The translations under genes were made by a program, and so were the position numbers. From IMG/VR virus record IMGVR_UViG_3300045988_110337: a DNA stretch of 50,501 nt, one strand, 5' to 3'. This stretch comes from a virus. This document shows, one piece after another, positions 17,229-27,553 of the stretch (position 1 is its first letter; every line of letters begins with the position of its first letter). The notes below the pieces were generated by a model that was given only the letters and a program-made list of their open reading frames with translations, did no database searches and had not been told where the DNA came from.

Positions 17229-20200
17229 GTGTCACAGGCTTTATCCAATCTTGCCGTAGGCTCAAAAGTCAAGTTCGGCAAGTATCAAGTGAACACAGAG
17301 GAAGCGCAGCCTATAATATGGACTATTGTTGCGAAAAATCATGTTTCCACTCCCGCTTATCCTTCGAACTCGGTAACTCTTCACACTACAAAAATAATTG
17401 ATTTAAGGTGCTTTGACGCTAAAGAACCGAACAATACGGCTTTTGGAAGAAGGGACTACGGAAATAACCGCTATGCTGTGTCGAACTTAAAGCAGTGGCT
17501 CAATTCAAGAGCGGCGGCTAACGCGTGGTATTCTTCACAGCATAGCTATGACCATTCGCCGAATTCGTCAGTTTACGTAAACAACGGAACGCAATATGCA
17601 TCAAAAGCAGGATTTCTCAGCTTGTTCTCCGATGATGAGTACAACGCGATACTTGACACGTCAATACTCACCGCGAAACCTACAGAAGACGGGGGAGGTT
17701 CCGAGACTATTGTTGCTAAAGTCTTTCTGCCGTCAAAAACCGAAGTTGGATGCGGTCAGGAAAACTTTATTTCCGAGGGCGCGGCATGGAAATATTACGA
17801 AAGCGATTCTTCGCGTATGGGGTACTTGACTACACAATGTTTCGGCAACACTGCGTCAAGCTCAAAACCCGACAGCAAAGATGAAGCGTGGCTATGGTGG
17901 CTCAGAAGTGCCGACTATTCCATGACATCCAACATTAGGACTATAGACACCGACGGAGGAGCGATAACAAAAAATGCATATAACGGCAGTGTCGGCGTTC
18001 GCCCTGCTTTGAACCTCTCTTCTTCTCAGCTCGTTTCGGACACTGCGGATTCAGACGGATGCTATACGGTCATGTTTGCAAACCCTTTAACACCTCCAGC
18101 TCCGGCGACTATTACTGTTCCTTCGGCAATCACGGTGGGAGACAGCATAGCGGTTTCGTGGGGTGCTGTGTCCGGCGCAGACAGTTACACGCTTGAACGT
18201 TCTGTAAACGGCGGTGACTTTACTCAAGTATACAGCGGCATAGCGACTTCATACACGGACACAGCCCTCGCAACATGGAGCAAGGTTCAATACAGAGTTG
18301 CTTCCGTAAAAGACAATGTTTCATCCAATTGGACTACAAGTGTAGAGAAAACTGTTGAAGCAAAAGAACCCGAACCGACAATCCCGTCAATGCCCGAGAC
18401 TATAACAGTTCCTGCCCTCACTGCGGGAGAATCGGCAACAATCACATGGGCGGGCGTTTCAAATGCGGCGGGATATGCGCTACAACGTTCTGTGGACGGC
18501 GCAAGCTACATGACGGTATATCGGGGCGAGAACACATCTTACGTCGACACAGTAGGCTCTGCGTGGCTTACAGTACAGTATAGAGTATGCGCTTACGATT
18601 CAAACAACAACAGTTCGGACTACAAGACTTCGGACGTGATTAGCGTTGCTCAACCTATCGCGAGTTTACTTGAAGCTATACGCGCTCATACCGAACAGGA
18701 TATCAAGATAACTTTTGCCGACAACACGGTTCTCGGAAAAGCTGACGTTGCGATAACGGGTGATGGTGTTAAGATTACTGACATTCTGAACGGAGACACT
18801 GACTATACTTTTGGCAAAGCTGTTTGTAAACAAGTTGAAATGACGTTGTTCAATGTTGACAACAAGTTTAACAACTTCGATTTTACACAGGAATTTACTT
18901 TGCAAATAGGCGTTAAGGTCGGCGCGGCATTTCAGTATGTGACGGTCGGCGTTTTCAAAGGCGAGAGACCCGACAAAGTTCGCGGCAAGCTCATAGACTT
19001 TACCGCTTATGACCGTATGCAGAAGTTTGAAGTTTCTGCTTCGGATTTCATCGAAAACATGACATTCCCCGTCACTCTCGGCGCGGTTTTCTCTTCCCTT
19101 TGCGCCGCAGTGGGTGTTGAACCTATCACGACAACGTTTACAAACTCTACAAAAAACTTTACTTTCAATCCGTTCTCAACCTCGGACTACACGGCGCGTG
19201 AAGTGCTTGCGTGGATTGCGGAAGCGGCGGGCTGTTACGCGAGAGTAAATGCGGATGGCAAAGTTGAGTTAAACACATTTACAACAAACTCCTACAAAAT
19301 TCTCAAAACAGACCGATTTGAGATGAGCGAGAGTGAGTTTGAAACTCCCGTTATAGGCAAACTCGAATGTTACACGTCATACGGAGACCAGCTCGTGACT
19401 GCGGGTACGGGAACAAACACTTATGTTATCAGCGACAATCCGTTTCTGTACATCGAGAACGACACGGAGATATCTGCGCTACAGCCTTATGTGAACGCGA
19501 TTTTTGCAAAGGCTTCACTCTTCCCTGCTTATTCTCCTATTGCGGTACGTGCCGAATGGTATCCCGAAATTAAATGCGGAGACATTATCACTGTAGTTAA
19601 TGATTATGACGAGGTGAAAACGCTCCCGATATTCTCCCAAACAATCAAATGGAACGGATTCGGCAAGGTTGAATATGAATCAACGGGCGGACTGGTACGC
19701 GAGATTGAGCCGGTACAGCAACGCGAACTTGAAGCAATCAAGAAGTCAATGCTACGCGACACGGATTTATCTACAGCTGTAGAGAGTTATCTGAACACGC
19801 AGGAGGGCAAAGCCTCTATTACCTCTGCTGTAGAGGGTAAATTCGTTGAGGTGTCGAGCGGAAGCACGATAACCACAACAACGGCAATCGAACAGCTTAT
19901 ACAGAAAACCGAGAAAGGCATTGAATCAAAAATATCCCTGTCGGCTTCCTATGGTTCGGGGACAATCGGTTCAAACGTCCGCGCGCTTTTGACTTTGTTT
20001 GCAAATGCCGACAGTTCATCCATACGTCTTTCTGCGAACGCGCTTGACCTTACTGCTACGGAAACTGCGGGAAGCACGTCAGAAGTTTCGGCGGGAACAT
20101 GGAGCTATGCACCTTGGTATTTCGGTGATGACATACCCGTAACTCCCGAGGAAGCATATGATTTCACGCTGACCTCTGACGGATATTACACTTCTCAGAA

Positions 20201-21008
20201 TGCGGGTGTTGCAAATTCATACGCATATGGCGGATTTAAGTTCACTTTCACTAAGCCTACGCAGGTGAAATTCCGTTGCATATCCTACGGCGAAAGCGAT
20301 TATGACTACGGCATAATGTCCAACCTTGACACTAGTCTGTCGACAGATAGCACTGCGGATTCAACGGGAGTTTACCACAGCTTCAAAGGAGAATCGAGCG
20401 CAACGCCACAGACGTTTTCAATGACAATTCCAGCAGGAAATCATTATGTGTCGTTCAAGTACATCAAAGACGGTTCGAACGACAAAAACGGAGACTATTT
20501 CAAAGTCAAATGTTTCACAACAACGCAGTCACGCGGCAAGGCTACAATATCTCTGAAAAGCGGAAATGTTCAAATTTCATCGGCTGATATCAACTTCAAC
20601 GGACTTGTAACGTTTACAGACCTGTCAACAAGCGGTGCAACAACAATAGACGGCGGCAATGTCATCACAGACAACCTTTATGTCAACAAGGTATTTTTTG
20701 CGGAAAACGAGAACTACACTATTGTCACATCAAAGATGAGCGCACAAAACGGTGTTGTTCAAGTCGGTGTACAGTCTCCAATATCGGGAATGGCGGCGTT
20801 CCTTGAATTGTACGGTTCGTTTATCTATTTTATAGACCCAGACAGTTCGTCTACAAACTATCAGTTGCAGGTGCAGACAGCTAACAGGAAAATAATCCCC
20901 GGAGGTAACGGATATTGGGATATAGGAGGCGTGCAAAACTATTTCAAAACGCTATATGTCGAAAAAATAATCTTTGGTGACAACTCATCTCAAACCACAG
21001 CACCATAA
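17229..21008 (+). CDS. Large tail tip / host-recognition protein with two tandem FN3-like domains
   Basis: 1259 aa, GTG start after AAGGGGGG. Repeated ...ITVP..(S/T)...I.W..VS.A..Y.L.RSV.G....VY.G..TSY.DT.....VQYRV segments lie at about 18.09-18.65 kb. Confidence 0.7.
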   Translation: MSQALSNLAVGSKVKFGKYQVNTEEAQPIIWTIVAKNHVSTPAYPSNSVTLHTTKIIDLRCFDAKEPNNTAFGRRDYGNNRYAVSNLKQWLNSRAAANAWYSSQHSYDHSPNSSVYVNNGTQYASKAGFLSLFSDDEYNAILDTSILTAKPTEDGGGSETIVAKVFLPSKTEVGCGQENFISEGAAWKYYESDSSRMGYLTTQCFGNTASSSKPDSKDEAWLWWLRSADYSMTSNIRTIDTDGGAITKNAYNGSVGVRPALNLSSSQLVSDTADSDGCYTVMFANPLTPPAPATITVPSAITVGDSIAVSWGAVSGADSYTLERSVNGGDFTQVYSGIATSYTDTALATWSKVQYRVASVKDNVSSNWTTSVEKTVEAKEPEPTIPSMPETITVPALTAGESATITWAGVSNAAGYALQRSVDGASYMTVYRGENTSYVDTVGSAWLTVQYRVCAYDSNNNSSDYKTSDVISVAQPIASLLEAIRAHTEQDIKITFADNTVLGKADVAITGDGVKITDILNGDTDYTFGKAVCKQVEMTLFNVDNKFNNFDFTQEFTLQIGVKVGAAFQYVTVGVFKGERPDKVRGKLIDFTAYDRMQKFEVSASDFIENMTFPVTLGAVFSSLCAAVGVEPITTTFTNSTKNFTFNPFSTSDYTAREVLAWIAEAAGCYARVNADGKVELNTFTTNSYKILKTDRFEMSESEFETPVIGKLECYTSYGDQLVTAGTGTNTYVISDNPFLYIENDTEISALQPYVNAIFAKASLFPAYSPIAVRAEWYPEIKCGDIITVVNDYDEVKTLPIFSQTIKWNGFGKVEYESTGGLVREIEPVQQRELEAIKKSMLRDTDLSTAVESYLNTQEGKASITSAVEGKFVEVSSGSTITTTTAIEQLIQKTEKGIESKISLSASYGSGTIGSNVRALLTLFANADSSSIRLSANALDLTATETAGSTSEVSAGTWSYAPWYFGDDIPVTPEEAYDFTLTSDGYYTSQNAGVANSYAYGGFKFTFTKPTQVKFRCISYGESDYDYGIMSNLDTSLSTDSTADSTGVYHSFKGESSATPQTFSMTIPAGNHYVSFKYIKDGSNDKNGDYFKVKCFTTTQSRGKATISLKSGNVQISSADINFNGLVTFTDLSTSGATTIDGGNVITDNLYVNKVFFAENENYTIVTSKMSAQNGVVQVGVQSPISGMAAFLELYGSFIYFIDPDSSSTNYQLQVQTANRKIIPGGNGYWDIGGVQNYFKTLYVEKIIFGDNSSQTTAP

Positions 21009-21023
21009 AGGAGATAACACAAC

Positions 21024-21398
21024 ATGAAAATGTCAGATTTAATCTATGCGCAGGAAGCGTTCAAAAAACTCTGTGCGCAGAACCTGTCGCTGAAAACGTT
21101 ATATAGGCTCTTCGGCTTTCTCGACAAGATAGAAGCGCAGATGAAGTTCTACGACGTTCAGCGAATGCGAATTCTCGGCGAGTATTGCAGGCTTGAAAAC
21201 GGCAGATATGAGCCTATTGCGGAAACGGAAGCGGAGTTCAACCAAAGATTCAATGAGCTTATGAACCTTGATGTTGACCTCGGAGATACCGAACTGCCGA
21301 TAGAAATATCGGAAAACGAGGATATAAAGTTATCCTACAGTGACTTAACCACACTTAGGAAATTCATCAAGCTCACAGGAGGTGAAAATGAATGCTAA
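21024..21398 (+). CDS. Hypothetical tail-associated protein
   Basis: ORF with AAAGGAG RBS. Confidence 0.45.
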   Translation: MKMSDLIYAQEAFKKLCAQNLSLKTLYRLFGFLDKIEAQMKFYDVQRMRILGEYCRLENGRYEPIAETEAEFNQRFNELMNLDVDLGDTELPIEISENEDIKLSYSDLTTLRKFIKLTGGENEC

Positions 21399-22045
21399 CC
21401 ACAATACACATCACGGTGCGTGACAGAGTGCCGACAATCACGGCTGGCGAGGACGTTATATCGCACAACTCGGACTATGTCGCGGAGTTTGAGTTTGACG
21501 AAGAGTGGCAGGACAAGGTCAAGACCGTGTACTTTGTCTGCGAGGACGGCAGCTATCAGGCGGTTGTGATGAGCGGAAACTCATGCGGCGTGCCTATGCT
21601 TGACGGCGAGCACAGACGTATCTTCGTCGGGGTGCAGGAAGGCTCAGCCGAAAAGCCGAGCGTACTCAAGACATCGCGTCCGTGCTGTCTCAAAGTCGCG
21701 GACAGTATCGCGGACTTGCTCGGTCAGCCTATACCGGACCCGACACCCGACGTATACCAGCAGATTATAGCAATGCTTGAAGACATCAAGAAAGGCGAGG
21801 TGTCGCCCGAAGACATCCAAAAAGCGGTTGACAATTATCTCACCGAAAATCCGATTAGCGTAGATATCGCGACTACGGAAAAAGCGGGCATTGTCACTGT
21901 CGGAAAAAACCTATCAATTACGAAAGACGGCGTATTGTCAGTAGATACTACCGATAGCGCCGAGCAGGACAACACCAAACCTATCACATCGGCGGGGGTT
22001 AATCTCGTCGTGGGAAACATTAACGCATTACTTGCGATTATTTAA
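21392..22045 (+). CDS. Tail fibre-like protein
   Basis: C-terminus ...TSAGVNLVVGNINALLAII; synteny. Confidence 0.45.
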   Translation: MLTTIHITVRDRVPTITAGEDVISHNSDYVAEFEFDEEWQDKVKTVYFVCEDGSYQAVVMSGNSCGVPMLDGEHRRIFVGVQEGSAEKPSVLKTSRPCCLKVADSIADLLGQPIPDPTPDVYQQIIAMLEDIKKGEVSPEDIQKAVDNYLTENPISVDIATTEKAGIVTVGKNLSITKDGVLSVDTTDSAEQDNTKPITSAGVNLVVGNINALLAII

Positions 22046-22061
22046 CGGAGGATTTTGAAAA

Positions 22062-22946
22062 ATGGCAGCTACAACATCGGAACTTTTAACAGCTCTCACA
22101 AATGCGCGAAACGCGATACGCACAAAACTCGTTGCACTCGGGCTTGTGGCGGCTACGGCAAAACTTGCGGACTGTGCTACAGCAATCGACGGTATAGACA
22201 ATAACGGTGCTGTGTCGGCGCAGGTTAAGGAAGGCGAAAGCTACACAATCCCGAAAGGTTATCACAACGGCAGCGGCACTGTGCAAGGTGTCTCGGGCGG
22301 CGGCAATTACAACACACAGGCGAAAACCGTCACGCCGACAAAAAAGCAGCAGCAGGTTACTCCCGACTCGGGTTACTATGCTCTGTCAGGCGTGACTGTT
22401 AACGCAATACCGGACAATTTTAACGACACATCGGCGGTGACGGCTACAGAAGGCGACGTGCTTGCGAACAAAACTATCGTAGGAGCAGACGGAACCACTA
22501 TTGCAGGAACAATGCCTAACAACGGAGCCGTTGAAAAGTCGCTCAGCACGACAGACACGTCCTATACCGTCCCCAAAGGCTATCACAGCGGTACAGGCAA
22601 GGTATCAATCACAACCGAGACAAAAACAGCTACTCCGACAGAAAAGGCGCAGGACATCACGCCGACTGCGGGAAAAGTGCTGTCTAAGGTTACAGTAGCC
22701 GCCATCCCTGCAAAGTACAAGGATGTGTCCGGCGTAACGGCAACCGCGGACAAAGTGCTTGACGGAGCTGTTTTTGTCGACAGCACAGGTGCAGCTGTTG
22801 AAGGTACTATGGTTAATCAGGGCACGAAAAAAATTACCATCGACGGACTTACTAATCTTAGCGCAACCATCCCCGCAGGTTATCACGACGGCACCGGCAC
22901 GGTATCACTCACAGATGATATCCGCGCGGCACTGGCGGCTATATGA
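22062..22946 (+). CDS. Tail fibre-like protein with internal (I/V)P(K/A)GYHxGxGxV repeats
   Basis: Three GYH(N/S/D)G(S/T)G(T/K)V repeats; ends ...DIRAALAAI. Confidence 0.5.
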   Translation: MAATTSELLTALTNARNAIRTKLVALGLVAATAKLADCATAIDGIDNNGAVSAQVKEGESYTIPKGYHNGSGTVQGVSGGGNYNTQAKTVTPTKKQQQVTPDSGYYALSGVTVNAIPDNFNDTSAVTATEGDVLANKTIVGADGTTIAGTMPNNGAVEKSLSTTDTSYTVPKGYHSGTGKVSITTETKTATPTEKAQDITPTAGKVLSKVTVAAIPAKYKDVSGVTATADKVLDGAVFVDSTGAAVEGTMVNQGTKKITIDGLTNLSATIPAGYHDGTGTVSLTDDIRAALAAI

Positions 22947-22954
22947 GGTGATGT

Positions 22955-23383
22955 ATGGCAAGTATAACTGCAATTAAAACAAATTTGGCTCGGATATCGA
23001 AAGCAAAAGCCGACATTATCTCCGCCATAACCGCAAAAGGCGGCACTGTCGCCAGCGGAGCGAAAATCGAGGACTTGCCTGCTTGCATTCGTGCGATTCC
23101 CTCGGGTGGGGGCGGAAAAGCAGTTGAGTTTGTTGTGAAATCGAGCGTAAATGTCGTCGCTTATACTAAAGATGGACAAACGCCTGTTGAAGCTGACGGA
23201 GACGAAGTTGCTTTGGAAGTGAATGTCGGCGATATGCTTGTCATTAGCGTTGCGTATCAATCGAATTATTTTGTTGTTAATGGCGGAAGCGGCTACAAAG
23301 AGCTTGGCTTTTTCCCAACAGCCCGCAGAATGTATGTGTATTGGATACTAATCGAAGAAGCAGGGAACTTAATGCTCTCTTAA
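22955..23383 (+). CDS. Hypothetical protein with an N-terminus paralogous to the 22062-22946 product
   Basis: Both N-termini share a similar helical pattern ending ...A(K)(L/I)xD...I..I. Confidence 0.4.
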   Translation: MASITAIKTNLARISKAKADIISAITAKGGTVASGAKIEDLPACIRAIPSGGGGKAVEFVVKSSVNVVAYTKDGQTPVEADGDEVALEVNVGDMLVISVAYQSNYFVVNGGSGYKELGFFPTARRMYVYWILIEEAGNLMLS

Positions 23384-23406
23384 TAACGAAATAATGAGGA
23401 GAAAAA

Positions 23407-23727
23407 ATGATAGTAGAGACAATTATCAAGTGGGCGGTGCCGTTTGTCTGCGGCGGTGCGGTAACATGGGCTGTTACATACATCAAGCTGCGGAAAAAAC
23501 GTGAAAGTGCGCTCGAGGAAGGATTAAAGTGCCTTCTCCGCGCAGAGATAATCCGCAATCACGACAAGTATCTCGATAGGGGATATTGCCCGATATATGC
23601 AAAGGAAGCACTCAAACGCGCCTATGCGGCTTATCACGCGCTCCGTGGCAACGACGTTGCAACACAGCTGTACAATGAGGTCATGGCACTGCCGACAGAA
23701 CCGCACAACGGAGGTGATGCAAAATGA
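23407..23727 (+). CDS. Single-pass membrane protein next to the lysis genes
   Basis: N-terminal hydrophobic helix WAVPFVCGGAVTWAVTYI. Confidence 0.5.
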   Translation: MIVETIIKWAVPFVCGGAVTWAVTYIKLRKKRESALEEGLKCLLRAEIIRNHDKYLDRGYCPIYAKEALKRAYAAYHALRGNDVATQLYNEVMALPTEPHNGGDAK

Positions 23728-24929
23728 AAATGAATCTGCCTTACAAGAGCGGCAAAGTCACGCTCACGTCACACTTTGGCTGGCGTACGCTCAACGGACA
23801 GCGCGACTACCACAAGGGCGTAGACCTCAGCGGCACGGACAAAACGCTTGTTGCGCCTTGTGACGGAGTTATCGGCTCATCGACAATCATCACGGATAAG
23901 AGCAATCTTACATGGCAGTGGGGCAACTACATTCGCATAGACACGCCGGACGGACTTAGGATTTTTATGTGTCACATGGCGCAGAGAAAAGTCAAGGTCG
24001 GGCAAAAGGTCAAGGCGGGGGATGTGGTAGGAATCGAGGGCAACACCGGCTACTCCTTCGGCAGTCACTGTCACTTTGAGGTCCGCAAAAACGGTGAATC
24101 TGTAGACCCTACTCCCTATCTCGGCATAACCAACGAGTGGGGACAGTACGATATAAAATCTATACCAAAAGGAGAAAAAAACGTGAACACAAACATCAGT
24201 CTCGACGTGTCCGGCAAAAAGGGCAATACCAACATCAAGGACAGCTACGACAAGGACGGAATCACATACACCCGCGCGAAGAATTTTGCAATCCTCTATC
24301 ACGACGCGGACAAGCGCAAGGGCGGCGTGAAGAGATATATTAACGGCGGATTTTTCGCAAACTACCGCTCGGAGGAAGGCGAAACATACACGCTCCCCGT
24401 CGCAAATCTCGCCTGTGATATCAAGGAGATTCCGGCGGCGGCAAAGGAAAATCTCTTTGAACACGTCTACGAAAACCACCTTGTATACAGTATCGCCGAC
24501 AACGCGACGAAGCAGTTTGCGGGCAAAAAGGTATCCACACTGCTCGTGCCGTACTCCGGCAAGCCGATAATCGAGCGCGTTGACAAAATCCCGTCTGGAA
24601 TCAAGTACGCCGTCAGCGGCGTGCCGGTTGTGGTCGACAAAAAGCCTGTCGATATGAGCTACGTTAACGCGGAGGGCTGGGACGGCTCAACCACTTACGG
24701 CACGTCAAGAAATATGCTCGGCATCAGGAGCGGCGAGATATGGGTACTCACGCTCAAGACCACCTCGGCAAACTACATCAAGTCCGGCGAGGTTTGGCGA
24801 AAGATACAGGGCGAGGGCTTTGAGGACGTTATTGCCCTTGACGGCGGCGGCTCGTACATCCGTGTCGAGGGAATCAAGAGACGGTCAACGGGCGGCAGTC
24901 GTGCGGTCAACAACATTATCGCGTTTTAA
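23724..24929 (+). CDS. Endolysin: M23 peptidase N-terminal domain plus a C-terminal domain ending ALDGGGS (phosphodiester-glycosidase-like?)
   Basis: HKGVDL and GSHCHFEV (HxxxD / HxH) M23 motifs. Confidence 0.75.
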   Translation: MKMNLPYKSGKVTLTSHFGWRTLNGQRDYHKGVDLSGTDKTLVAPCDGVIGSSTIITDKSNLTWQWGNYIRIDTPDGLRIFMCHMAQRKVKVGQKVKAGDVVGIEGNTGYSFGSHCHFEVRKNGESVDPTPYLGITNEWGQYDIKSIPKGEKNVNTNISLDVSGKKGNTNIKDSYDKDGITYTRAKNFAILYHDADKRKGGVKRYINGGFFANYRSEEGETYTLPVANLACDIKEIPAAAKENLFEHVYENHLVYSIADNATKQFAGKKVSTLLVPYSGKPIIERVDKIPSGIKYAVSGVPVVVDKKPVDMSYVNAEGWDGSTTYGTSRNMLGIRSGEIWVLTLKTTSANYIKSGEVWRKIQGEGFEDVIALDGGGSYIRVEGIKRRSTGGSRAVNNIIAF

Positions 24930-24966
24930 CGCAGTTTTAACGCAAACGTGAATTATTAACGCAATC

Positions 24967-25254
24967 ATGAAAAAGAAAGACGTTGAATACTCAAAACGTC
25001 AGCTCTCGGCAATTATAAAGCTGTGGTTTGCTGGTGCGGTTTTCGGTATGGCGTTTTGCGTAGTCCAGCTGATAATCGCTCCCGACATGGCATCTCTTGA
25101 CGGACTGCTGACATACATCGGCGCACCAATGAGCTGCGGCGTGGTGGGATATCTCATCAAATCCGCGATGGAAAACCGCGAGAAAATCAAACAAGAATAT
25201 CACTCCGACTACGGAGAGGAAGAAATAACTTATGAAGATGAAAAAGGAGAATAA
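24967..25254 (+). CDS. Holin candidate (two TM segments, charged C-terminus)
   Basis: LWFAGAVFGMAFCVVQLII and IGAPMSCGVVGYLI segments, acidic tail. Confidence 0.55.
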   Translation: MKKKDVEYSKRQLSAIIKLWFAGAVFGMAFCVVQLIIAPDMASLDGLLTYIGAPMSCGVVGYLIKSAMENREKIKQEYHSDYGEEEITYEDEKGE

Positions 25255-25255
25255 T

Positions 25256-25525
25256 ATGGACAACAAAATCAACTGGAAGCAGAAGCTGACCTCAAGAAAG
25301 CTGTGGGTGACAATCATCGGTATCATTATCGGCGTGGCAATGTCGTTTGGCGTGGGTGAGAGCGACTACGGCGAGATTGCGGGCAAAGTTGCGGGTGCGA
25401 TTACTGCGATATCCTCTATAATCGGCTACATCTACGGCGAGAGTAAAGTTGACGCGGCGCGGATTGACGCGGAGGGTGTGAAAAGTATTATCGAATCGGC
25501 AGAAAGTGAGGACAAGGAGGCATAA
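25256..25525 (+). CDS. Holin candidate (phi-LC3-like N-terminus)
   Basis: MDNKINWKQKLTSRKLWVTIIGIIIGV...; GGAG RBS. Confidence 0.55.
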   Translation: MDNKINWKQKLTSRKLWVTIIGIIIGVAMSFGVGESDYGEIAGKVAGAITAISSIIGYIYGESKVDAARIDAEGVKSIIESAESEDKEA

Positions 25526-25528
25526 AGA

Positions 25529-25786
25529 TTGACGGAGCACGTGCGGCAGAAAAACGCAGTGCAAGAGATAGACGATACGGAGCTGATATCCTCGGCTATC
25601 GACAAGTGCAATCTTAAACCGGAATACAAGCGACTTTTGAAAATCCTCTATGTGGAGCGTGGGTGTCTTGAGGACGTGTGTGATGCTGTCGGGCGCGACT
25701 ACTCGACGGTATCTAAGTGGCACAAACCGGCACTGATACGGCTCGTCCGTCTCTTGCAAAAACAAGGCAAAATAAACGCAAAATAA
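25529..25786 (+). CDS. Small sigma-70 region-4-like HTH protein (TTG start)
   Basis: LKPEYKRLLKILYVERGCLEDVCDAVGRDYSTVSKWHKPALIRLVRLL; GGAGG lies 8 nt upstream of the TTG. Confidence 0.5.
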   Translation: MTEHVRQKNAVQEIDDTELISSAIDKCNLKPEYKRLLKILYVERGCLEDVCDAVGRDYSTVSKWHKPALIRLVRLLQKQGKINAK

Positions 25787-25804
25787 ACGCAAAAATTGCG
25801 AAAG

Positions 25805-25855
25805 AAAAAATCTCTCTGCGATGGTACAATGGTATCAGATACAGAGAGATTTTTT
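25805..25855. terminator. Bidirectional terminator (14-bp perfect arms)
   Basis: AAAAAATCTCTCTG ... CAGAGAGATTTTTT. Confidence 0.7.
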
Positions 25856-25868
25856 GTATGGAGGATAT

Positions 25869-26297
25869 ATGGCGTACAATTTTGGTTACAACACAAATCC
25901 GTACTATAGCGGTTACAATCCGCAGATTCAGCAGGTGCAACCGCAACCACAGCAGACCGCGCCACAACCGCAGGTGCAGAGCGGATTTATCTGCCGTCCG
26001 GTCACAAGCCGTGAGGAAGCACTCGCGACACCTTGCGATTTTATGGCGGCGGGAGTGATTATGCCCGATATGGCGCACGGCATGATATATCTCAAGAGAT
26101 TCAACTCGCAGACCGGCGCGTCGGATTTTGCGGATTTTGCATACACACCTCCGACAGCTCCGGCTAAGGACACAGCGGACTACACGCCCCGCGCGGATTT
26201 TGACAAACTTTGCGCAGCTTTTGCCGCTCTCCAAACGGAGGTCGAAAAGATGAAAAATCCCACTAAGGGAAAGAAAGAGGTAACGGAAAATGCCTAA
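25869..26297 (+). CDS. Hypothetical protein with Y/N/Q/P-rich N-terminus
   Basis: MAYNFGYNTNPYYSGYNPQIQQVQPQPQQTAPQPQVQ...; GGAGG RBS. Confidence 0.5.
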   Translation: MAYNFGYNTNPYYSGYNPQIQQVQPQPQQTAPQPQVQSGFICRPVTSREEALATPCDFMAAGVIMPDMAHGMIYLKRFNSQTGASDFADFAYTPPTAPAKDTADYTPRADFDKLCAAFAALQTEVEKMKNPTKGKKEVTENA

Positions 26298-26517
26298 CCT
26301 TAATCCCGCAATGCTCGTAATGCAGGCTCTCGGCGCAGGTCAGCCGCTGAATAACATTCTCGGCAATCTCGCGGGACAGGGGGCGCAGTACGCTAAAGCC
26401 GTCGAGCTTATCAAGGGCAAGGACGCGCACCAGCTCCAGACCATGGCACAAAATATGGCGAAAGAGCGCGGTATAGACATTGGTGATTTAATGCGCTCAC
26501 TCGGTATCAGCAAATAA
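26290..26517 (+). CDS. Hypothetical 75-aa protein
   Basis: Coupled ORF with AGAGGT RBS. Confidence 0.45.
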   Translation: MPNLNPAMLVMQALGAGQPLNNILGNLAGQGAQYAKAVELIKGKDAHQLQTMAQNMAKERGIDIGDLMRSLGISK

Positions 26518-26645
26518 CAACAAATATCAACAAATAACACTTCCCTTTTTCGGTTTGACTGGAGACCTGATTAAAAAACTGTCCAAAATTTAAATTTTGA
26601 ACATCACGCGAAAGCGGATGAAATAAACCGAAAAGGAGAAAAAAC

Positions 26646-27473
26646 ATGGGCAACGAACTTTTGACAGGCTTCCTTGCGGGTCAGGGAGACAGCAACAACC
26701 GTGACGGAGGATTCTTCGGCAACGAAGGACTGTGGGCAGTAATCATCCTCGCTATCATCTTCGGCTGGGGACGTAACGGCTTCGGCGGCAACGGTGACGG
26801 CTCCGGCATGGGCGCGCTCCCCTACGTAATGGCGGCAGGCACTCAGGGCGGATTAACACGCGCAGACCTCCAGTCCGAGTTTGGATTCAACGGACTCGAG
26901 AATTCCGTCCGCGGCGTACAAGAGGGACTTTGTGACGGATTTTATGGACTTAACACGTCCATCCTCAACGGATTCCACGGCGTCGACAACGCGGTTTGCA
27001 ACCTCGGCTATCAGACGCAGCAGGGATTTAACGCAAATAACGTCGCAATGATGCAGGGCTTTAACGGCGTAGAGCGCGGACAGGCGGCTCTTGCGACACA
27101 GCTCCAGCAGTGTTGCTGCGAAAACGGCAGAGCGATGGAGCGCGGATTTGCCGACGTTGGCTACCGCATGGCGACCGACACCTGCGCGATTAACACTAAC
27201 GCCGCTAACAACACCCGCGACATCATCGACGCGATGAACTGCGGCTTCCGCGGCATATCCGACAGACTGACGGCGCAGGAAATAGCTGCGAAGGACGCGC
27301 AGATTGCGGCTCAGACACAGAAGATATTTGGCTTAGAGCTTGCAGCATCACAGCAGGCTCAGAATCAGTATCTTGTCTCGCAGCTCGGCTGTAAGGCTCC
27401 CGTACCCGCATTCAACGTCCCCACGCCTTGGCAGTACGGCAACTCCGGCTGTTCCGGCTGCGGCAACTATTGA
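26646..27473 (+). CDS. Membrane-anchored G/N/Q/C-rich repeat protein
   Basis: TM LWAVIILAIIFGW; recurring G(F/Y/L)xx.. units; CCC motif; C-terminal CSGCGNY. Confidence 0.55.
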   Translation: MGNELLTGFLAGQGDSNNRDGGFFGNEGLWAVIILAIIFGWGRNGFGGNGDGSGMGALPYVMAAGTQGGLTRADLQSEFGFNGLENSVRGVQEGLCDGFYGLNTSILNGFHGVDNAVCNLGYQTQQGFNANNVAMMQGFNGVERGQAALATQLQQCCCENGRAMERGFADVGYRMATDTCAINTNAANNTRDIIDAMNCGFRGISDRLTAQEIAAKDAQIAAQTQKIFGLELAASQQAQNQYLVSQLGCKAPVPAFNVPTPWQYGNSGCSGCGNY

Positions 27474-27553
27474 TTCACAACTCCGGCTCTAAGCCGTGAC
27501 CAACTTCGGGGGAGCGGCGTACCGCTTCCCTTTTGATTTTTTGGAGGTATAAA

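Noticed and set aside
18090-18650. Diversity-generating retroelement (template/variable repeat pair) at the duplicated FN3 region
   Set aside because: The duplication is at the protein level only, with divergent DNA, and no reverse transcriptase gene is present.
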